From positions 30,001 to 62,000 of the forward strand of contig JAEOSH010000007.1 in NCBI GenBank assembly GCA_016840465.1: DNA of 32,000 nt, in the 5' to 3' direction. The stretch's first letter is position 1. The number at the start of each line of letters is the position of its first letter. Under the pieces are notes generated by a model that was given only the letters and a program-made list of their open reading frames with translations, had not been told where the DNA came from and did not search any database. Source of the DNA: Candidatus Baldrarchaeum yapensis. Lineage in GTDB: Archaea > Asgardarchaeota > Baldrarchaeia > Baldrarchaeales > Baldrarchaeaceae. A program made the position numbers and the translations under genes. Shown one piece after another: positions 26,926 to 32,000 of the stretch.

Positions 26926-27372
26926 CTATTTTATGAGTTCAAATACACATTCCGGCGCTCCTGCCATCTTTGTCTGCACTCTTCTTATGCCCTTTATGTT
27001 AAAGAGAGAGCCAACTCCCTCGAGGAATCCCTCAGTTATTGCACAGAGCAGGGGCTCTCCTTTTATTTTCCAAAACGGACAGTTCTTTACCTTAACACGA
27101 ATGACATTCTCCAGCTCCTCTATCTCCGGTTCTACATTCAGCCTGGACATCGAGTGCTCGAGCACCTCTTTAAGGGTTCCCGCTCCCGTGAACTTCATGA
27201 TCGCCCGTGCCACATCCACGCCATACTTTCGGGAAGAGAACCTTAAAATTCCAGTCGCTCCTTTCTCCCCGATCACGTCCTTCATTCCCTTAATTGCAAC
27301 CCGGAGAAAGCTACCATAAAAGTAAAGTAACGCACTAAGTACACGAATTCTACGCCGATAGGTCTCCTCCAT
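26926..27372 (-). CDS. V4R-domain protein (methanogen output domain / Bet3-like fold)
   Basis: Helical N-terminus (IGEKGA..ILRFSSRKYG..VA), then KNCPF, LCAITEGFLEG and MAGAPECVFEL. Confidence 0.78.
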   Translation of the reverse strand: MEETYRRRIRVLSALLYFYGSFLRVAIKGMKDVIGEKGATGILRFSSRKYGVDVARAIMKFTGAGTLKEVLEHSMSRLNVEPEIEELENVIRVKVKNCPFWKIKGEPLLCAITEGFLEGVGSLFNIKGIRRVQTKMAGAPECVFELIK

Positions 27373-27791
27373 AATATCCACCCCAAACACCGAGTATCTG
27401 GACGGCGCTCACGTACACCAAAAGTTGTCTTATTATTAAACTTAACCACACGGAAAAATCGTCGCTATAAATGTCCATTATCGAACGAGGGATTCCCTGT
27501 AAATGACATCGCCATCTACTCAAGAAAGCATCATGAAACTTTTCCTATGAGCATTTTAACAACCTTTAAGGAACCGTAAATCACATGGAGACGGAGGTGG
27601 TGGCCAGCCTTGGGCAGATAACTCGCTTGTGAGCACACCTTATATTTGCAAACCTGCAGGTATCGTTACGGAAATAATTCGACCTCGGAAATGTTTGTAT
27701 GTCAGAGTGTGTACCATGATTACATCGATCTTCCACGGATGTTCTTGCCGTAGTACCCGAATATAAACAACCGCCGCTTCCAGACTCTCTA

Positions 27792-28874
27792 ATGAGCCCA
27801 ATAGAGGGTGCATCGGAGATGCAAAATAAAATGCTGAATGTGAAGTTGTTGATCGCAGGGTTCGACGCCATGAATAAGCACTTTATCGAGACTCTCATAA
27901 AGAAATATGAAGTTCTGCAGAAAAATTTTAAAATACGCCCTGTAATTGTCGCAATCATAGATCCAGCTCTCGGATGCATATATGACGGAAAAGGGTTTCC
28001 TCTTCATGAAGTGCTCTGTATATACCAAGGTGAAAACGTGCTCCTCGGCACTAGAAAAATATGCACGCCCTCAGGAGCCCTAGATCTAATAAGAACTCTC
28101 GATTATGACATCATGGTCGAAATGGGCGCAGTCAACATGGAGACCGGAGAACCATCGCTATCATACATTAAAGAGGCAATAAAGAGTGGGCACCATGTGG
28201 TTACTTCCAATAAAGGCCCCATATTGGTTGCATACCGCATGCTATCTGAACTTGCAGAAAAACATGGAGTCGCTCTGAAATTTGAGTCCTCGGTCATGGA
28301 CGGAATTCCGATAATACGCTTAATAAAGGAAGGTCTTGCAGGCGATAATATTAGAAGAATAGACGGCATATTTGATGCAGGAGTGAATTATGTGCTATCT
28401 AAGATGGAAAATGGAGAATCTTTCGACGATGCTGTCTTTGAAGCCCGCCAGATGGGATTTCTGGAAGCGGATCCATACGTGAACCTAGATGGGTGGGACT
28501 CGGCAATAAAGGCGGTAATATTAGCAAATGTATTAATGAACGCTGATATGAGGCTCAGAGATGTCGAGAGGGAAGGAATATCTTGCCTGACTCGCGATGA
28601 CATGAGGTGGATTATGCGCAACGGTAGGAGGATAAGGTTGATAACTCGAATATGGAGAGAGAACGGAAAAGTACGCGCTTCCGTAAAACCAGAACTCTTG
28701 GAGTTCTCTGAAGAGTTCGCGTATGTGACAGGATATAGAATCTCGGTCTCGTTCACGCTGGAGGCTGCAGGAAAGATTGTAGTTATGGGAAGTGGTATGA
28801 GTAGTATGAGGATCGCGCAAGCCATTCTTTCAGATGTGATATCAATTTGTATGAAAATGAGGAATCGGGAATAA
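27792..28874 (+). CDS. Homoserine dehydrogenase-like protein, divergent
   Basis: HVVTSNKGP, FESSVMDGIPII and GFLEADP...GWDSAIK. The Rossmann glycine motif is degenerate (GFDAMN). Confidence 0.75.
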   Translation: MSPIEGASEMQNKMLNVKLLIAGFDAMNKHFIETLIKKYEVLQKNFKIRPVIVAIIDPALGCIYDGKGFPLHEVLCIYQGENVLLGTRKICTPSGALDLIRTLDYDIMVEMGAVNMETGEPSLSYIKEAIKSGHHVVTSNKGPILVAYRMLSELAEKHGVALKFESSVMDGIPIIRLIKEGLAGDNIRRIDGIFDAGVNYVLSKMENGESFDDAVFEARQMGFLEADPYVNLDGWDSAIKAVILANVLMNADMRLRDVEREGISCLTRDDMRWIMRNGRRIRLITRIWRENGKVRASVKPELLEFSEEFAYVTGYRISVSFTLEAAGKIVVMGSGMSSMRIAQAILSDVISICMKMRNRE

Positions 28875-28957
28875 ATGAAAACAGATGACCCTAAATGTCT
28901 CGACACGAGGAGAATCTGACAATAAATACAAAATCCTGTATGGCAAATAAAAGCAAG

Positions 28958-29131
28958 TTATTCCTCTTCTTCCTCCCATTCCTCTTCCTCTTCTTCTTCC
29001 CACTCCTCCTCTTCTTCCCACTCCTCTTCTTCTGGCCATTCTTCCTCTTCTTCCTCCCATTCCTCCTCAGGCCACTCTTCTTCCTCTTCCCACTCCTCTT
29101 CCTCCCATTCCTCGTTATCAAATCCGCTCAT
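28958..29131 (-). CDS. 57-aa Glu/Trp-repeat acidic micro-protein
   Basis: ATG 29131 preceded by a GAGGTGG SD. MSGFDN followed by (E)2-7-W repeats: 41 Glu, 8 Trp, 2 Pro. Mixed GAA/GAG codons. Confidence 0.72.
   Translation of the reverse strand: MSGFDNEEWEEEEWEEEEEWPEEEWEEEEEEWPEEEEWEEEEEWEEEEEEEWEEEEE
28961..29113. repeat. Low-complexity imperfect tandem repeat (Glu codons interrupted by TGG)
   Basis: Plus strand is almost purely C/T with periodic CCA, e.g. ttcctcttcttcccattcctc. Confidence 0.9.
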
Positions 29132-29339
29132 ACTTTCCACCTCTTTCTCAACAACGATCTCTCGACATCTAAATGTGTACCAAATTTTTATCACAGATGA
29201 TGTTTAAAAAGTTAGTGAAGGAATAGACGTTCCTATGGTGCTGAATCTGAAGCTTTCACGATAGGAGAGGATTTGAATATTGTCAAGAAATGCTCTTCCG
29301 TCATGGTGTAACTCTAAACTTGGTCGGAGGTGTTATTAG

Positions 29340-29960
29340 GTGACGCTTTCTATCATTGCGATCGACCGCAAAGCAGGCCTAATGGGAGTCGGTGTCGTGA
29401 CGGGCTCCATAGCAGTAGGCTCACGGGTTCCATGGTCGGTAGCGGGAATAGGAGTAGTGGCGACACAGGCATACACGAATGTCTCCTATGGTTGCAAAGG
29501 ATTACTATTGCTGAAGCGTGGTCTTCGTCCAAAAGACGTTCTTAGCATATTGCTACAGGAGGACCCCGGGCGTGAGTATAGACAGGTATGTATAATGAAC
29601 TCTGAGGGAGAATTTGCTGTATTTACGGGTAAGCATTGTCCTCAAAGTTATGGCGAGTATCTGGGGAAGGATTTTTGTGTTATTGGGAACCTATTAGTAG
29701 GAACGGATGTTATAGAGGCAACAGCGAGCGCATTTGAGAAAACAAAATCTAACATTCTCCCAGTTAGGATATTAAAAGCACTGGAAGCGGGGGTTTGTGC
29801 TGGTGGAGATAAGCGTGGTCATAGGTCGGCCGCATTAATAATTAGCGAGACGATGCCTTCAGATATTCCATGGCTCATAAATCTGAGGGTCGACTTAAGC
29901 GAGAATCCGATAAATGAACTTTTTAAAATATACGAGATGTACCGTGCGTCTCTGGGTTAA
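29340..29960 (+). CDS. DUF1028 family protein (Ntn-hydrolase-like)
   Basis: MTLSIIA.D...GVGV...AVGSRVPW...GVVATQA, RQV, FTG, GN.L and AGGDKRGHRSAAL. Confidence 0.88.
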   Translation: MTLSIIAIDRKAGLMGVGVVTGSIAVGSRVPWSVAGIGVVATQAYTNVSYGCKGLLLLKRGLRPKDVLSILLQEDPGREYRQVCIMNSEGEFAVFTGKHCPQSYGEYLGKDFCVIGNLLVGTDVIEATASAFEKTKSNILPVRILKALEAGVCAGGDKRGHRSAALIISETMPSDIPWLINLRVDLSENPINELFKIYEMYRASLG

Positions 29961-29982
29961 TAAAAAATTAAGAGGATGTTAT

Positions 29983-30675
29983 CTACGGTCCCATGACCTC
30001 TTCCGGCTCCACTTCTATTATTCCAAGCAACTTGCCCATCAATTGATCAACTTTCTTCACGTGAGGCACCATCTCGAGCGTAATTGCCTTTCTTTCCGTG
30101 GGAAAGAAGAATGTTACTTTCCCACATCCAAATATCAAGTACTCGAAAACATCGCTTATTTCAATGTGGTATCTCATGCCAGTGGTCGAAAACCTCTCCA
30201 CCTTTCCGAATAAGCCCACTCTGTGGCTTATCTGATTAGGCTCTATGATCCAATAGTTCCATCTCCTGCTCAGCCATACCAAGAAAAGTATGAATAGCGT
30301 TCCTATTCCTATTGCCAAGAACGCCTCCGGAGAGAACGTTAAATTTAGTCCAAGCAGGGCTTTACCTATAGCTCCTGCTGTTACTGGCATGTAAGGTGAG
30401 AACACTATATATAGCAGGACGATTATGACGATCAAAAATATTAGCGCCAATGTTTTCATTTCATCGAACTCAAACGCCATCACGAGCACGTTAAACAGGA
30501 ATAACGCGATGAAAGCGAGCCCTAAGGTCGTCGCGAGTGTTGGCACGAACCACTCCACGATTCCGAAGATTACTGCCATTACCGCTGATGGAATTATCGC
30601 TATTACCTTAGGGTACGATCTTATGATTATCTTTTCCAACTCTCCCTGCTCTCTTTTTGTCTCAGTAGAACTCAT
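29983..30675 (-). CDS. Membrane protein with C-terminal bacterial PH-like (bPH_2) domain
   Basis: About 4 TM helices followed by NYWIIEPNQISHRVGLFG...DVFEYLIFGCGKVTF. Confidence 0.7.
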   Translation of the reverse strand: MSSTETKREQGELEKIIIRSYPKVIAIIPSAVMAVIFGIVEWFVPTLATTLGLAFIALFLFNVLVMAFEFDEMKTLALIFLIVIIVLLYIVFSPYMPVTAGAIGKALLGLNLTFSPEAFLAIGIGTLFILFLVWLSRRWNYWIIEPNQISHRVGLFGKVERFSTTGMRYHIEISDVFEYLIFGCGKVTFFFPTERKAITLEMVPHVKKVDQLMGKLLGIIEVEPEEVMGP

Positions 30676-30800
30676 TCTATCTCCCTCAAGTATCCCTTAG
30701 CAATCAGATGTCGTGGCGAGTATAAAATTTTGTATCAAGGGAATTCTGTTCTTCCCACTTATATACTTAAACATCTGACAAAAAAAGAAATTTGCAAGGT

Positions 30801-31616
30801 TTATGCCTCTACGGTCTCGTTCTTATGGAGTCTATCAATCTTATTCAATATGAACATGAGCAATCTAGAGGACTGTGTGCGTGCACGCTTTTTCACAAGC
30901 GTTCTCCAATCTCTTTTCTCGAGTATTACAAAGTCCGCAAGAAGCCTGTCACACTGATCTCTTCGTGAGGCACTGTTAAGATGACTTATGTCTTTCCACA
31001 CCACAAGCCAGGGTTTTGAGATGTAGAAAAGATCATGCATACTCTCGATGACTCTTAAAATCTCTGACCACAAACTGTTGGCGTGGGAGGAGAGGGCGTA
31101 TGCAACCGCGTCATAGAAGTAATTGAAGTAACAGTTTGAAGAAACGCTAAAGAGGGCTTTCCTTAGGAACTTTAACTTGCCAAAGTATAGAGTGAACGTA
31201 CGCTCAACCTCTCTGATCTTACTGGTACATATTACCTCTAGTCCGGACTCCTCCACTAGTCCCCTTATCCTATTTCTCTCTTCCGCGTTCCTCATATAAG
31301 TCCTGAAGGTTGTAATGTCGTCAACCTCACCAGTGTAGTAGTACACTATCTTTTCATGTTCTCTTTTCCACACACCTCCCATTCGTATGAGTATGGGAAC
31401 CTCGCTCTTTATGTTGAACTCCTTAGGTAGCAGCTCTATTAATATTGAGAACCTGAAAGCATGAGTTCCTATTTCGAAGCACATGTCAGCGCTCTCAGGG
31501 ATTACCTTCACTGGGAATTTTCCCTCAAATTCACTCACATGGATATAGTATCCCTCAAGCAAGTTCCCCTTGAGCCACGGCCTTTTTATCCTACGGCAAA
31601 AGGATCTCTGAGGCAC
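30801..31616 (-). CDS. Hypothetical protein
   Basis: 271-aa ORF filling the interval, with charged composition like the real genes. GAGGG upstream of GTG; no recognised motif. Confidence 0.6.
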   Translation of the reverse strand: MPQRSFCRRIKRPWLKGNLLEGYYIHVSEFEGKFPVKVIPESADMCFEIGTHAFRFSILIELLPKEFNIKSEVPILIRMGGVWKREHEKIVYYYTGEVDDITTFRTYMRNAEERNRIRGLVEESGLEVICTSKIREVERTFTLYFGKLKFLRKALFSVSSNCYFNYFYDAVAYALSSHANSLWSEILRVIESMHDLFYISKPWLVVWKDISHLNSASRRDQCDRLLADFVILEKRDWRTLVKKRARTQSSRLLMFILNKIDRLHKNETVEA

Positions 31617-31819
31617 CTACAACCCTCTTCTTCCTTTATTGGAGAGATGACCATACCATAATATTAAGCGATCTTTCAAAATTTAATATTTGGGTGTTGC
31701 TCCTTCCTTTGCGATATGCATTTTGCCGACAATAGAAGTACCGGAATAACGGCGTAAATTGTCAAAGCCCCCTTCTTCGCAACCTCATGCTCCCTCTCAC
31801 CGTTCCAATAACCGTCACA

Positions 31820-31827
31820 TTTATATA
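31820..31827 (+). promoter_or_regulatory. Putative TATA box of the thermosome gene
   Basis: TTTATATA about 66 nt upstream of ATG 31893; SD GGAGGG at 31881-31886. Confidence 0.55.
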
Positions 31828-31892
31828 GAAGTGCTTATTGACTACATCACACGCTAACCTGAGGAAAGATTTCCCATCTAGGAGGGATTTCA

Positions 31893-32000
31893 ATGTACTT
31901 AAGTGGCCAACCTGTATTGATTCTTAAAGAAGGAACAAGAAGAGCAGTCGGACGCGACGCGATGCGGTCCAACATAATGGCCGCGCGCATAATTGCGGAG
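31893..32000 (+). CDS. ths: Thermosome (group II chaperonin) subunit, N-terminus (3'-truncated)
   Basis: Manual translation gives [36 protein letters not shown], the canonical thermosome start. Confidence 0.95.
   Translation, partial: MYLSGQPVLILKEGTRRAVGRDAMRSNIMAARIIAE

Noticed and set aside
27581-27979. 132-aa minus-strand ORF and the ~400-bp spacer between the V4R and hom-like genes
   Set aside because: Half of it is antisense to the hom-like gene and it has no motif. I found no C/D boxes, tRNA-like fold or convincing small ORF in the spacer.
10286-29131. Idea that the poly-Arg tail and the poly-Glu/Trp peptide are a charge-complementary pair
   Set aside because: The genes are 18 kb apart with no linkage; charge complementarity alone is not evidence.
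28842-29200. Alternative-frame ORFs over the acidic repeat (Arg/Gly-rich, Arg/Lys-rich, Phe/Leu-rich)
   Set aside because: Frame and antisense shadows of the Glu-Trp repeat. Only the Glu frame has an SD-led ATG and third-position-only variation.
1-32000. CRISPR arrays, IS elements/integrases, rRNA or tRNA genes
   Set aside because: No regularly spaced repeats, transposase/recombinase motifs or structural RNA signatures seen. The many remaining short ORFs in the track are antisense or overlapping shadows of the genes listed.

Overview
Gene-dense archaeal chromosomal window of about 35 CDS. It has GGTGA/GAGG-type ribosome-binding sites, TATA-like promoters and a charged, thermophile-like proteome. 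I found no rRNA, tRNA, CRISPR array or mobile element. Recognisable genes: nreA (5'-truncated), a DUF89 phosphatase, a ureohydrolase, a beta-CASP nuclease, carAB, a LysM-like Lrp regulator, map, methanogen-type serS, a MEMO1-family gene, dUTPase, moaA, a thiolase/DUF35/HMGCS-like trio, an ADP-forming acyl-CoA synthetase alpha subunit, adk, xpd, a homoserine dehydrogenase-like gene, DUF1028 and the start of a thermosome subunit. An Arf-like small GTPase, a roadblock protein, a probable longin/uDENN protein and a V4R protein suggest an Asgard-type archaeon (inference). The three most interesting observations: (1) an Arf-like GTPase gene directly abuts a small longin/uDENN-like gene whose product ends in 10 arginines, with a roadblock gene about 400 bp away, which could be a minimal prokaryotic GTPase-regulator module; (2) a thiolase-DUF35-HMG-CoA-synthase-like operon in which the HMGCS homolog has lost all three catalytic residues, next to an acyl-CoA synthetase; (3) a 57-aa micro-protein made almost entirely of Glu-run/Trp repeats, with good expression signals. 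All functional calls come from visual motif recognition; no database searches were run.
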